Shown here: one piece after another, positions 7,976 to 18,188 of the stretch
Layout of the letters: each line of letters opens with the position of its first letter
Numbering within the stretch: position 1 is the first letter of the stretch
Origin: Vulcanisaeta distributa DSM 14429
Lineage (GTDB): Archaea > Thermoproteota > Thermoprotei > Thermoproteales > Thermocladiaceae
Assembly: GCF_000148385.1 (NCBI RefSeq)
Contig: NC_014537.1
Coordinates: 1,590,001-1,622,000 of the forward strand
Direction: 5' to 3'
Length of the DNA stretch: 32,000 bases
Program-made: the position numbers and the translations under genes
The notes under the pieces: generated by a model
The model's database searches: none
The model's input: the letters and a program-made list of their open reading frames with translations, nothing else
What the model was told of the DNA's origin: nothing

Positions 7976-9304
7976 CTTATCATTAGTCATTTGAAATATT
8001 AAATCGAGTACATCCTTTAATCTCCCTTTAGCCACATCTCGTACTTTATAAATATCATCAGACTCGCCAGGGTCTATCTTAACCATGAATAATTTCCTGC
8101 CATTATCTAGCGTTATCTCGACATGGCCGCTATTCTTCATTAAATCCCAAAGCCTTACAGTTGCCCTATCTTCCTCGTCGTATATCCTTTTCGTATTCAA
8201 GCCTGGAAACACCAGTATTCCGAGATCAGCATTATACTCATACATGTAAGCCATGACCTTATACCTACCAGCGGTTATGTATGTGGGTAACTCAGAAAAC
8301 TTGCACTCAATAACTATCGTCTTACTATTACCATTAACCAATGAAACATCAGGTCGACCCCTCACCTTAATTGCTAAGTCCTCATTCGAATCAACAGCCC
8401 TTATATTCGAGTTCTCTAACGGCTTATTAAAGATCACATTGATGGTAATTCCATCCCTCACCAACTCCAGGACTCTAGCCCTTCTCCTAGTTACCTTGTA
8501 ACCCCTGCTGAGGAATATGTCAAGCACAAGCATATAAACGAATATCTCATAAAGCCTCCAACCAAGCAATACCATGTCACGATCACTAACCCTGCGCCTC
8601 AATGACGCATAAATCCTCCCCCTAGGAATAAACCTACTTAGTAAGTAAGCATCATAAGCCTCTAACAACCATGACGGCGCATAAGGCATTAATCTCCCAA
8701 CCTCCAGCACAATATCCTCATGACCATACCTAACGTTCGCCGATGGTAACCTCTTAACTAATTGGCTCAACCTTAATCGTCTCCTTCGTAGGCCTTCAAC
8801 CTCATTACCTAATTCCCTACTTAATTCGTTGCTGGCACTTTTCTTCACGGCATTTTCATACCAATCAATCACGTATTTAGTGGACCTAAGTATCCTCATC
8901 GCCATCTCCCTAAGCAATAGGTACTCTGGTGACCTAATGGTTGGTAGGTAGGTTAATGATGAATAAAGCCTGGCAGGATACGTAATTACTGTACGCGGAA
9001 CATCAAGAACACCCCATACCTGATTATCAACGACTACCCTGAACTCCCTATACCTAATATAATCATTGATAGCCTTCCTTACTGCATTAATTACATCATT
9101 AATAGCGATATTACTCATTGACACAAATAAGTAATTTCTCGTTAATTCATCAACAAGCACACGTTCACCACTTGAAATACGGCCAAGTAGCACACGCAAG
9201 ATCCTAGAGGACCTGCGTAAACCATAATGCTCCAGGTAATACCTACCAACAAGAATCGATAAATTTCTAATCCTCCTTACCTTCCTAGAAACCCCTTCAC
9301 TCAT
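7970..9304 (-). CDS. McrC-like protein with a C-terminal PD-(D/E)xK nuclease motif
   Basis: The 444-aa ORF starts 5 nt downstream of the McrB-like stop (operon arrangement). The C-terminus [43 protein letters not shown] fits the D...(D/E)xK...Y pattern of McrC nucleases. Confidence 0.65.
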
Positions 9305-9309
9305 ACCAA

Positions 9310-11130
9310 TTACTTCTCACTAACACTTATAAGTCTCTTCGTAACCTCATCAACAACTCTCCTAAACCTCTTAACAGGCTCACCAACAACAATACCTAAC
9401 GACGACTCAAGATAACTCACGAAATACTCAAGCATACTCTTCTTATCATTAACATCCAACAACCCCTGACCAACAGCATTATCCAACAACTCAACAGCCA
9501 ACTTAACAGCACCTGGAGAAACACAGGGCGGCTTATCACGAAGCTGTCCACGAATCTCCCTAACAAAGTCAGCAATAAGCTTCTTAGACTCCTCACTCAA
9601 CTTTAAATGATTAGTTTTGTCCAGGAATTTCCTAACATCACTATCACCCTCAGGGCATTTAATGTTCATCAATATAAATCGCCTAAGCGCCGCCTCACCC
9701 ACAATGAATAAATTCCTAATATCAACAACATTCATAGTACCTATTATCCTAATATACCTCAGGGGATAACTAGGATCATCATACTTATCCTTAGCCAACT
9801 TAAAGTTTTCAAGAAAATGCTTAGCCTCCTCATCGATTCTCTCTCCATGTCCCTCAATCTCACTAACAAGGTCAATAGGAAGCTCCCAATCACTGGGATT
9901 GGGCGATCTAAATATTGCGAAGAACTCGCCAAAGGCCTTATCAACATCAGCCCTATTAAGCTCATCGATTATAACGAAGAACGGCCTATTATCACCATTA
10001 ATGAGCCTCTCAACAACCCTATTATAGGCCTGAATAAGCATGCCAGCCCTCCACTTAACAGAACCCTCCTCAAGAGTCTCACCACCAATTACATCACGCC
10101 TAAACCAAAGGGCATTGGCAACCCTAATCATATAACCACCATCACCACCTAACTCCTTGGCAACCCTAACAGCCAAACTAGTCTTACCCACACCAGGAGG
10201 ACCAACAAGAAGAACATTACCAAACCGCACAGCATTAACGAATCTACGAATGAATGCCTCGTCAAAATAAAGCTCCTCAGATATTTTCTTAACGATCAAG
10301 TCAATATTCAATTCGGAAATACTCACAGTCTCAAACATAGATAATACGGAGGATTGGGCATATCCGTAAAACTCAACCATAGAATTAACCTCATCATTAT
10401 CACTAAGTATAGCATTTATTTTAAGCCAAACCTCTAATAATTTACTCTCATCTGAAAGGCACATATTTCCTTGCTTTGGTACTATACTCTCAATACTCTT
10501 AATATACTCATTAATCTCACTCTTAATGCTTTTATCTTCAGTAATTCTACTCTTTAATTTATCAATCAATTCCTTCTCATCCTTCCATGTAAAGCCTGGA
10601 TTCCTTAAAAGATCTCTAACGCCAGGATGAAGCCATAGGACTCTCATCCTCCATCTAATTACCCAATGACCTTGATCTTCTCTCCAATACTTAAAGTTCC
10701 TGAAGGCATCAAGGGTAATATCAGTAACTAAACCAAAACCAACGATTCCGACATTCTTCACGTAGAAAACACCAATAACAGGCCTCGCACTACCAGCATC
10801 CCTCAACAACAAACTAACACTGTTATCATCCTCTTTCCTCTCAAAGAGAGCATCAACATACCTATCAACAAGGGCCTTAAATGGAATTCCCGTGATATCA
10901 CTAATATCTTTAATTTGTTCAAGACCACTAGCCTTATCACCCCAAAGCGCATAACCAACCTCACCCTCAACAGAATACCTAAGAGACCAAAACCAATGCT
11001 CAGCATTACCAGGAAAAACACAAACAAAAGGCAACTCACCCCTACCCCTCTCCCTAACCCACTCAATAACCCTACCCAAATCATCAAAACCACCAAACAC
11101 CGACCTATAAACAAACCAACCCATCAACAA
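9310..11130 (-). CDS. McrB-like AAA+ GTPase with an unassigned ~290-aa N-terminal domain
   Basis: Walker [13 protein letters not shown]. McrB signatures [19 protein letters not shown] and [24 protein letters not shown]. The track start is TTG at 11130, and the more likely ATG is at 11124 (MGWFVY). TATA-like TTTAATATAAT lies about 25 nt upstream. Confidence 0.8.
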
Positions 11131-11282
11131 CCAATCACAAACAATTATATTAAACTAACTTTCAACCCTAACTAAACCAAGATATAAACAAACACAACAA
11201 CTACTAACCCACATTACCACTATGCCCTCTTGGAGAATATCTGGTTCGGTAAGTTCTTGATAACCACGGGCTTCGCAATGTT

Positions 11283-12738
11283 CCTTCTATTCTCTTTAGA
11301 GATTATCTCTCGTACTCACACACATACTCGATCCTGGCACTCATGAATTCCTCCCTTCTATTCTCTTTAGAGATTATCCTCACCACATTGAGGTCCCTGG
11401 CTCATTCATCGACATACCAAACAACGCCTTCTATTCTCTTTAGAGATTATCCGTTCCGTTGTATATCCACACGTTGTAAACCGAGTTGTACGTGAACCTT
11501 CTATTCTCTTTAGAGATTATCTTGGAGTCATTTGTTTTGCCCGTACTGTCAACAGCTACACCGTTAGTCCTTCTATTCTCTTTAGAGATTATCCTGAATA
11601 CGTAGGTGCCTGGTGCCGTGAACTGAAGCCACTCGAAATACCCTTCTATTCTCTTTAGAGATTACCAGCCTAGGCCTGTCTTGCCGCCGCCGACCGCGGT
11701 CGAGATAGTGACCTTCTATTCTCTTTAGAGATTATCGCCGGCCCAGACTCATGTTACTGCAAACTCGAGGGGATTGGGTGCACGCAGATCCTTCTATTCT
11801 CTTTAGAGATTATCAAAAACTTATAAATCAGTCCTGAGCAAAAACAATGTATGAAAGAAACCTTCTATTCTCTTTAGAGATTATCATTCCTAATCACCTA
11901 CACCTCAAATTCGCAGGTAATGGAATAACTTCGCCTTCTATTCTCTTTAGAGATTATCTCGTTAAAAGATACGGGGCAGGAAATAATGACATTTGAAGAG
12001 GGATTACCTTCTATTCTCTTTAGAGATTATCGTGTCTAAAAATGACGATGCATGTGAGTGGTTTAAGGCGTGGTTGACACCTTCTATTCTCTTTAGAGAT
12101 TATCTCAGTAGTCATTATGATGTACTGCCAGACGGCCATTCCCCTATTGTCCTTCTATTCTCTTTAGAGATTATCTACTGTGAATGCGTTGAATGTCAAC
12201 ACAGCTACTTACCAGCAAACCTTCTATTCTCTTTAGAGATTATCAATACAATAATAAGAGTCCCTGCGGACCCTAACGGTAAGCCGACAGCCTTCTATTC
12301 TCTTTAGAGATTATCAAAGATGGTGCCAGTATTGCCAGGCAATGAAATTCATGATGGTTTCCTTCTATTCTCTTTAGAGATTATCTAAAGCAGTCTATCA
12401 AGCATTCCGTGATTTCCTTAAGGAAAGCCTTCTATTCTCTTTAGAGATTATCTCTCTTATAGTAGGGTAGTTAGGTAGGGTAGGGTTGTGTGTGTGGGGT
12501 CCTTCTATTCTCTTTAGAGATTATCTCGGTGGTGTTGAACCGTGTGGTGCGAAGTTAATTGAGGTTAGTCCCCTTCTATTCTCTTTAGAGATTATCTCAA
12601 CGGTATCGTGGAATTCAAGGTGTTCGGTAATCACCTCACCTTCTATTCTCTTTAGAGATTATCATAAATCACCGTACTCAATGCATGAAACGACCTTGAT
12701 GAAACCCATCACCCCTTCTATTCTCTTTAGAGATTATC
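11283..12738 (-). CRISPR. CRISPR array 1: 21 repeats of 25 nt and 20 spacers of 42-53 nt, transcribed from the minus strand (leader at the 12.74-12.92 kb end)
   Basis: The repeat is CCTTCTATTCTCTTTAGAGATTATC on the plus strand, or GATAATCTCTAAAGAGAATAGAAGG as transcribed. Repeat starts: 11283, 11354, 11427, 11497, 11569, 11642 (variant ...GATTACC), 11712, 11790, 11861, 11934, 12007, 12080, 12151, 12220, 12291, 12361, 12428, 12501, 12572, 12639, 12714. A degenerate trailer repeat (...CCCTCTTGGAGAATATC) ends at 11241. Confidence 0.97.
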
Positions 12739-12917
12739 CGAGGCGTTATTTTATATATTTGCTTATAAGTTTTTCTTCGCGTGGGTTTGTCTATCATCGG
12801 AACGTTTATGCTCACGGACATGCACGGCACGTACTTATTCCCACGATAAGTACGGCACAGGCAATACATGTTTCAGCAATCACATTCAATCTCACATAAA
12901 CGCAGGTCTTCCCACGG
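12739..12917 (-). promoter_or_regulatory. CRISPR leader 1 (~179 nt) with repeat-proximal A/T-rich promoter elements
   Basis: The reverse complement aligns along its whole length (roughly 80 percent identity by eye) with the sequence upstream of array 2. It starts CCGTGGGAAGACCTGCGTTTATGTG and ends GAAGAAAAACTTATAAGCAAATATATAAAATAACGCCTCG next to the first repeat. Confidence 0.8.
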
Positions 12918-12924
12918 TTGCGGT

Positions 12925-13755
12925 TTAACGGCCTCTCGATAGGCGCTTAATATCCACGACGTCGGCAACCACGTAACCGAGGCCCAACGCCCTATTCTTA
13001 CCCACACCATAAGCATTAACCACATCAAGAAGAAGCCTAAACAAGCTGGGCCTATCCGTATAAGTAACGTACTCAGCAACACCCTCAAAGGCAGGCACCC
13101 TCCTACCCCTACCAAGATTAAGAACCAACCTCCTAACCCTCATGCCAAGAACCTCCGTGTTAAAGACCAGGTCCCTAACAAAACCCTTAAGATCAACACC
13201 ACCAATAACACCAACCAAAGACTCACTACCCCTACCAACCAACAAATCCACACCCCTCAAAACCCTAGCAAGGGTAAGACCAGCCGAAGACAAAAACCTA
13301 GCAGGACTAGGCCAAGTAACGTAATGACTCCTAAAAATAAAGGACGTAGGCCAAAACCTAACACGCCAACGAACAACAGCCCTATAATCACTGCCCTGTA
13401 GTGACAACTCTCCACCTGCAACACTCGCCTTAACTACATTAAGCGCCATACCCGTTGAAAGCCTTAGCGTAGGCTTCGTAAATGCATCAACAACACTCCC
13501 ACAATCAACCTCACTACAGAACAGTGAGACCCTAAACCAATACTGGTTACCGGGAATTAACTCACCCACCACATTGCTCTCCAAGTCAAGTATAGGCGTC
13601 ACGGTGAAGGGCTTCTCCCTAGCATTATGAGGAACCTTAATCCCAACACCCTCAAGAACCTCACTAACAACACGATTAACAAACCTACCACTCCAACTCC
13701 CAAACTTTAATGGATAATCAACAGAAAAGTAGGGAGCTAGAAAAAGCATGCGCAT
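12925..13755 (-). CDS. cas6: Cas6 CRISPR RNA endoribonuclease
   Basis: The 276-aa ORF is last in the interference operon. The C-terminal glycine-rich loop AYGVGKNRALGLGYVV matches the G-h-G-x5-G-h-G Cas6 signature. It sits directly beside leader 1. Confidence 0.8.
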   Translation of the reverse strand: MRMLFLAPYFSVDYPLKFGSWSGRFVNRVVSEVLEGVGIKVPHNAREKPFTVTPILDLESNVVGELIPGNQYWFRVSLFCSEVDCGSVVDAFTKPTLRLSTGMALNVVKASVAGGELSLQGSDYRAVVRWRVRFWPTSFIFRSHYVTWPSPARFLSSAGLTLARVLRGVDLLVGRGSESLVGVIGGVDLKGFVRDLVFNTEVLGMRVRRLVLNLGRGRRVPAFEGVAEYVTYTDRPSLFRLLLDVVNAYGVGKNRALGLGYVVADVVDIKRLSRGR

Positions 13756-13762
13756 CTATATT

Positions 13763-14521
13763 TCACCTCCTAGATTTAGCAGCCTCAGAGTCACACTCAT
13801 TAACTATCGCTATGATACTTTCAAAAAACCAGTTATATCCCCTTGTAGTATTAAACCTACTATAATACATGTTTATAGTATTCTCTAAATCATGCAACCC
13901 ATACTTTACAAGATAATCATTAACCTTACTACCCTTAATAAAGACATTAATTATGCAATCCGTAAGATTTCTCCCTATTTCTGAGGAAGCATTATCCTTT
14001 ACTAAATTAAGAACATCTATTACAGCACTTATACAATCATTAGTTATTTTAATATTAGGAATACTAATATTGTATTTTATATCTTGAATTTTCCAGCTCT
14101 CCTCCTTACCTCTATGTAGGTAAAGATGGAATAATGATGGAACAATGAGTAATAATTGAATCAAGTCATCAATACCTCGAAGTTTAATTGCTTGAATCGC
14201 ACAATTCGACTCTTTAAGAGCTCTATATGCTTCGTACATTATCAATGCGCCTATGAAGTCATGCCCCTTAAAGCTTCGTAGATCGCCATTCTGATAGTGG
14301 GCAATGGCCTTTCCAATATCATGAAGCGTAGCACCTATTAAAATTACATCATTTATGAATTCATCATATTTAAGATTATTCACGGATTCCTTCTCAATGC
14401 TGTTAACAATAAGCATAAACTTCCTTGTAAGGACAGGCATCCTGCCGTCTTTTTTAACGCATTCGTAAACTCTCCTTGCATGATCCTTGAAATCCTCATT
14501 AATAAATGAGTAGCAGGGCAT
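13763..14521 (-). CDS. cas3: Cas3'' HD-domain nuclease (split Cas3)
   Basis: The 252-aa ORF has GATLHDIGKAIAHYQ and KGHDFIGA (HD phosphohydrolase motifs typical of the Cas3 HD domain). It lies immediately downstream of the cas3' helicase (stop and start adjacent at 14521/14522). Confidence 0.8.
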   Translation of the reverse strand: MPCYSFINEDFKDHARRVYECVKKDGRMPVLTRKFMLIVNSIEKESVNNLKYDEFINDVILIGATLHDIGKAIAHYQNGDLRSFKGHDFIGALIMYEAYRALKESNCAIQAIKLRGIDDLIQLLLIVPSLFHLYLHRGKEESWKIQDIKYNISIPNIKITNDCISAVIDVLNLVKDNASSEIGRNLTDCIINVFIKGSKVNDYLVKYGLHDLENTINMYYSRFNTTRGYNWFFESIIAIVNECDSEAAKSRR

Positions 14522-16240
14522 TTAGATCACCAACCCAAGCCCCCTTCTATAAATCCTCGACACATCAATACCCCAGATGATGAGCGCTTTATAGCTACTG
14601 CCAAGTTTGTTTATCTCATTGTTTATTTCAAAATACCTATTACATTCGTTCTTTCTTTCATCTGCTAGTTCTTTTAATACGCTTTCCTTAACATCATTAT
14701 TAATGGAAATTTTCTGTAAATTACCATCCTCGTGAAGCGCGTATGCCACTATGTCAATATCCTTACCATACTCCTTAGCAAGCACCTCAGCATCCCTCAT
14801 CGATAGCGCCATAGAGTAAGTAAGAGGTTCATCTACATTAGTGATGCCCCTAATTAATACGGAATCCCTAATTAAGTTGCAGTATCTTCTGTAACTCCTT
14901 TTTAGGTCTTCTTGATCAATGACTATGAATGATAACTTAGCATAAAGGTCTTGGTAGCTTGAAATATCGGGACTTTGAAATTCCACATAGCTATTAATCA
15001 GGGAGTCATAGCCCCTCTTCTTAACGCAGTCATAAGGTAGTCGCCAATTAAACTCATGCAGCTTATCCCTAACTTCAGTATAGTACTTTGGAATCTCCTC
15101 TTCCTCACCCTCTCTAAGTAAATATACGTGACAGTCCCTGTCCTGCTCCACATTCCTGCATATTCTGCCAATCCTCTGTATAAATGTATCGATACTGGAC
15201 GGTATGTCAGTGATTAATACATTAACATTTGGGGGATTTATACCAACTCCAATGGCATCGGTACCTACTATGATCCTAGCATTATCAATGTTTCTAGCGT
15301 TAATATCCCTATCATATTCATCCAGTTTACCATGTAGTAAAACAACATTATTACTACCGAATATACCACTTACTAAATTGTAAATATCTACAGCTTTCTT
15401 AACCGTATTTGTTAAGATAAGGACTCTACTGTATTGTTCCTTAATTATCTTAATAATCTCGTCAATATTGTTTAATTCCTTAAAGTTGAAATTCTGCTCA
15501 CATGTTTTATCTTCCCAATCCTTATCTCGAATCGTTACAAAGACTCCATCCTTGCTATTTTCTTTTCCAAGTCTATATACCCTCACCCTATTCGCCACTT
15601 CCCTATAAGTTTCTAAGCTAGTGTCACCACATTTACCTGTTGCAATACATTTAATTCGCCCAGAACCGAGAGTTGCAGAGGCGATAATAGATGGGGTGAA
15701 TGAGGCAGTCAATTCATGAATTCCAAGTAGTATTGATGATAATTGTAATCCTGAGCCTTCAACCATTAAGTGAATCTCATCTAGGAATACGTACGACGTG
15801 AATATGTAACTCCTATAGGTTGCATAACGCCACTTAACAGGCTTATTTAGTGATTCAACAGGCATACGCATTAAATTGAACATGAATGAGTCTATCGTTG
15901 TAACATTAACATCACTGCTAAGCAATGGATTCTTAGTCAGGCTTACAGACCTAATATTGGGGACCTCAACCTTTAAATTAACATCCATCGATTGATAAGT
16001 TATTGAAAACCCCTGTCCCTGTAATTTAATTAGAAAATCCCTAGCCTGCTGTCTGACGAGAGCCCTTGTTGGAGCCACGTAGATAAAGCCACGCGCTAAG
16101 CCCATATCCTTGAACTTAAGAAATGGAATGTGAGAATTAAAGGTCTTGCCATACCCAGTCGGCGCCTCGACTATCACCGTAGAAATGTGAGGATATTCAT
16201 TAACTAGGCCATTTATTGCCTCGTTAACTAGCTCTCTCAT
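14522..16240 (-). CDS. cas3: Cas3' superfamily-2 helicase (split Cas3)
   Basis: The 572-aa ORF has motif I VEAPTGYGKTF, motif II FLDEIH and motif VI FIQRIGRICR. Its position in the operon is as expected for type I-A. Confidence 0.85.
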   Translation of the reverse strand: MRELVNEAINGLVNEYPHISTVIVEAPTGYGKTFNSHIPFLKFKDMGLARGFIYVAPTRALVRQQARDFLIKLQGQGFSITYQSMDVNLKVEVPNIRSVSLTKNPLLSSDVNVTTIDSFMFNLMRMPVESLNKPVKWRYATYRSYIFTSYVFLDEIHLMVEGSGLQLSSILLGIHELTASFTPSIIASATLGSGRIKCIATGKCGDTSLETYREVANRVRVYRLGKENSKDGVFVTIRDKDWEDKTCEQNFNFKELNNIDEIIKIIKEQYSRVLILTNTVKKAVDIYNLVSGIFGSNNVVLLHGKLDEYDRDINARNIDNARIIVGTDAIGVGINPPNVNVLITDIPSSIDTFIQRIGRICRNVEQDRDCHVYLLREGEEEEIPKYYTEVRDKLHEFNWRLPYDCVKKRGYDSLINSYVEFQSPDISSYQDLYAKLSFIVIDQEDLKRSYRRYCNLIRDSVLIRGITNVDEPLTYSMALSMRDAEVLAKEYGKDIDIVAYALHEDGNLQKISINNDVKESVLKELADERKNECNRYFEINNEINKLGSSYKALIIWGIDVSRIYRRGLGLVI

Positions 16241-16243
16241 AGC

Positions 16244-17467
16244 TCAACACCTAATCTTATTAACATCGTACCTTAATCGATTATATGCATGTTGAATACC
16301 ACTATTCTTGTTAGATAGATTTATGAAAGTGGTGTTCCACTCATTTATGAATACAGTTACAGCATGACTTAGTTCCGCAATTTCGTGGCAATCACCATTG
16401 CTGGTAAACCTAGTGATATTTTCAGTAACAGTATTGGCAACGTCAATGACAGACTCTCCGAGATCGCTATTTCCCTTACTTACTTTATCCCAATTCTTAA
16501 GTAATCCGCCAATGCCTATTATGATCCCAGCCGTGTTGGACCTCGATATTGCGACTAGGTAATCATTTAGCGAGACAGTATTGAGATTCACAATAAAGTT
16601 TTGAGTATTGCCACTCCTTGATAAAGTTAGCAAGTCCATGTAATAATTCTCTTGAAGCACCTCCTCCTTTGTAACATGCTTAAGCAAATACTGCTTAATC
16701 CTAGCCGCTGCGTAGATAAAGGCAAAATCAGTAATTAACCCAACCTTCTTCTCATTGAGATCTATAACTGAACTGAACATTCTGTTGATGCTCCTGTAAT
16801 GATCAAGCACCTCCTTAGCGCTGCCGCCAATGCGTTGCCAAAGGTTTGGTGAAAGCCCTAGGAAAAAGTAATGTGCTTCATTTTCATGCCCTCTTCTATT
16901 GCTAATATTATATACGTATGTTAATACGGCGCCGATTAAACCTAGGGCAACATCTATTAATGATGCCGCAAATAATTTTGATTTGCTAACCTCTTCATAA
17001 TCCAGGAAACCTAGCTTAGCATTGCCTGGTAACTCTGCCACGAAAACCTTAGGTGCCACGCTATATCTATCAACTTCGCCATACCATAGCTTTCCGTTAT
17101 TAAGAATCTGCAATGCTATATCTAAGGCAATATTACCGGGTATGTACTTACGTTTAACATTTTGGATTCTTCCAATAACAGCATTAGCATTATCGCCAAA
17201 TACGGAATTGATGATTTTTCCAAGCGGGCCTCCAGCAGTAGGAGAACGGTTATTGGCTGAGGTTTTTGAACTCTTTGTTTGTAAGTCATTATTTGTTAAG
17301 GGTATTTGTACATTATTAACTCCTTGTTGTAATAGTGCTTGAACGAAGGCTTGGAGGTTTCCTATATTATCTTCATTAATGGAAGGTGATGGTATTAATG
17401 CAGCTGCTAATGCATTCATTTTAAACCAGCCAAGCGTTGTGTATTCCCAAGTGCTCATAACTACCAC
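16244..17467 (-). CDS. putative type I-A large subunit (Cas8a-like), assigned by position only
   Basis: The 407-aa ORF lies between cas5 and cas3' and is translationally coupled to both. The GTG at 17467 overlaps the cas5 stop, and an alternative ATG lies at 17458. No recognisable sequence motif was found. A type I effector needs a large subunit and no other candidate exists in the operon. Confidence 0.45.
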   Translation of the reverse strand: MVVMSTWEYTTLGWFKMNALAAALIPSPSINEDNIGNLQAFVQALLQQGVNNVQIPLTNNDLQTKSSKTSANNRSPTAGGPLGKIINSVFGDNANAVIGRIQNVKRKYIPGNIALDIALQILNNGKLWYGEVDRYSVAPKVFVAELPGNAKLGFLDYEEVSKSKLFAASLIDVALGLIGAVLTYVYNISNRRGHENEAHYFFLGLSPNLWQRIGGSAKEVLDHYRSINRMFSSVIDLNEKKVGLITDFAFIYAAARIKQYLLKHVTKEEVLQENYYMDLLTLSRSGNTQNFIVNLNTVSLNDYLVAISRSNTAGIIIGIGGLLKNWDKVSKGNSDLGESVIDVANTVTENITRFTSNGDCHEIAELSHAVTVFINEWNTTFINLSNKNSGIQHAYNRLRYDVNKIRC

Positions 17468-18186
17468 CTCAGTATGGCGTATTTATCTCCATATTTAACA
17501 ACTTTATAATTTGGATTGATTTCGCCTACTTCAACTCCATCCTCACTAAAGACGTACTCCTTAATTGCCGGCTTTCCACCACAATAGGTGTTTTTGCTGC
17601 TTGGGTCTGGGAACATGAATATGTCGTATTTGTATTGCATTAAGGATGCTACATCCTTGGGGAAGTAACTATTAACAATAAGTCGCTCCTGGGTCCCTGC
17701 AATAACTTCGACATCGCTGACTTCTAAGACGCTTACTAAGCCCTCCTTCTTCCCCAGCCTCACTATACCCCAGGCGCTTCTTTTCAACTCATTAAACATG
17801 TCATCCCTCACTGCGTAGATGGCGACTAACTCCGTAATGTAGGATAAACCCATGTAACCGACCGTGTATGGGTTCTCTTTAGTACTCCTGGTCCAATTGA
17901 AGAGCCTTAGTAACGTGTTTGTCATAGCCATCTTTCCAACCGGTATTGCTACAGCGTCGAGCACTACACCATTCTTAACCCATCCATAAGCTGGTGAGCA
18001 TTCATCATTGTTAAACTCCTCAACCTCCTTATACACGCCGTTTCGCGCCGTGTGCGCGAAGTATAAGGCTCCAATTAACGTTGATGGTGGTGGAAGCATG
18101 TATGATCCGCCTGCAGTACTTAAGGTTGGGTATTGAACAGTTATGGGTCCATGCATCTTTAACCTAACTGCAAATGCCCTAGTCAT
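17461..18186 (-). CDS. cas5: Cas5a (RAMP) subunit of the type I-A complex
   Basis: The 241-aa ORF has an N-terminus FAVRLKMHGPITVQYPTLSTAGGSYMLPPPSTLIGALYFAH that fits the Cas5 pattern (beta strand, then P-P-P-S-T-h-x-G). It lies directly downstream of cas7. Confidence 0.75.
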   Translation of the reverse strand: MTRAFAVRLKMHGPITVQYPTLSTAGGSYMLPPPSTLIGALYFAHTARNGVYKEVEEFNNDECSPAYGWVKNGVVLDAVAIPVGKMAMTNTLLRLFNWTRSTKENPYTVGYMGLSYITELVAIYAVRDDMFNELKRSAWGIVRLGKKEGLVSVLEVSDVEVIAGTQERLIVNSYFPKDVASLMQYKYDIFMFPDPSSKNTYCGGKPAIKEYVFSEDGVEVGEINPNYKVVKYGDKYAILRW

Positions 18187-18188
18187 AG

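Noticed and set aside
11815-11828. First 14 nt of an array 1 spacer (AAAAACTTATAAAT) are identical to the promoter-like block of leader 2 (20719-20732)
   Set aside because: It is a short A/T-rich TATA-like string, and the match does not extend into the rest of the spacer. This is insufficient to claim a leader-derived or self-targeting spacer.
11993-12899. ORF-track entries 11993-12307 (104 aa) and 12486-12899 (137 aa) with recurring LLFSLEII / PSILFRDY peptides
   Set aside because: They are translations through CRISPR array 1 repeats and leader 1. The periodic peptides come from the 25-nt repeat, so they are not genes.
12678-13115. Small minus-strand ORFs 12678-12869 and 12873-13115, and ORF 20526-20711
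   Set aside because: They overlap the conserved CRISPR leaders or lie out of frame within cas6. They have no independent coding signal, and the leader homology is at nucleotide level with frame-breaking differences.
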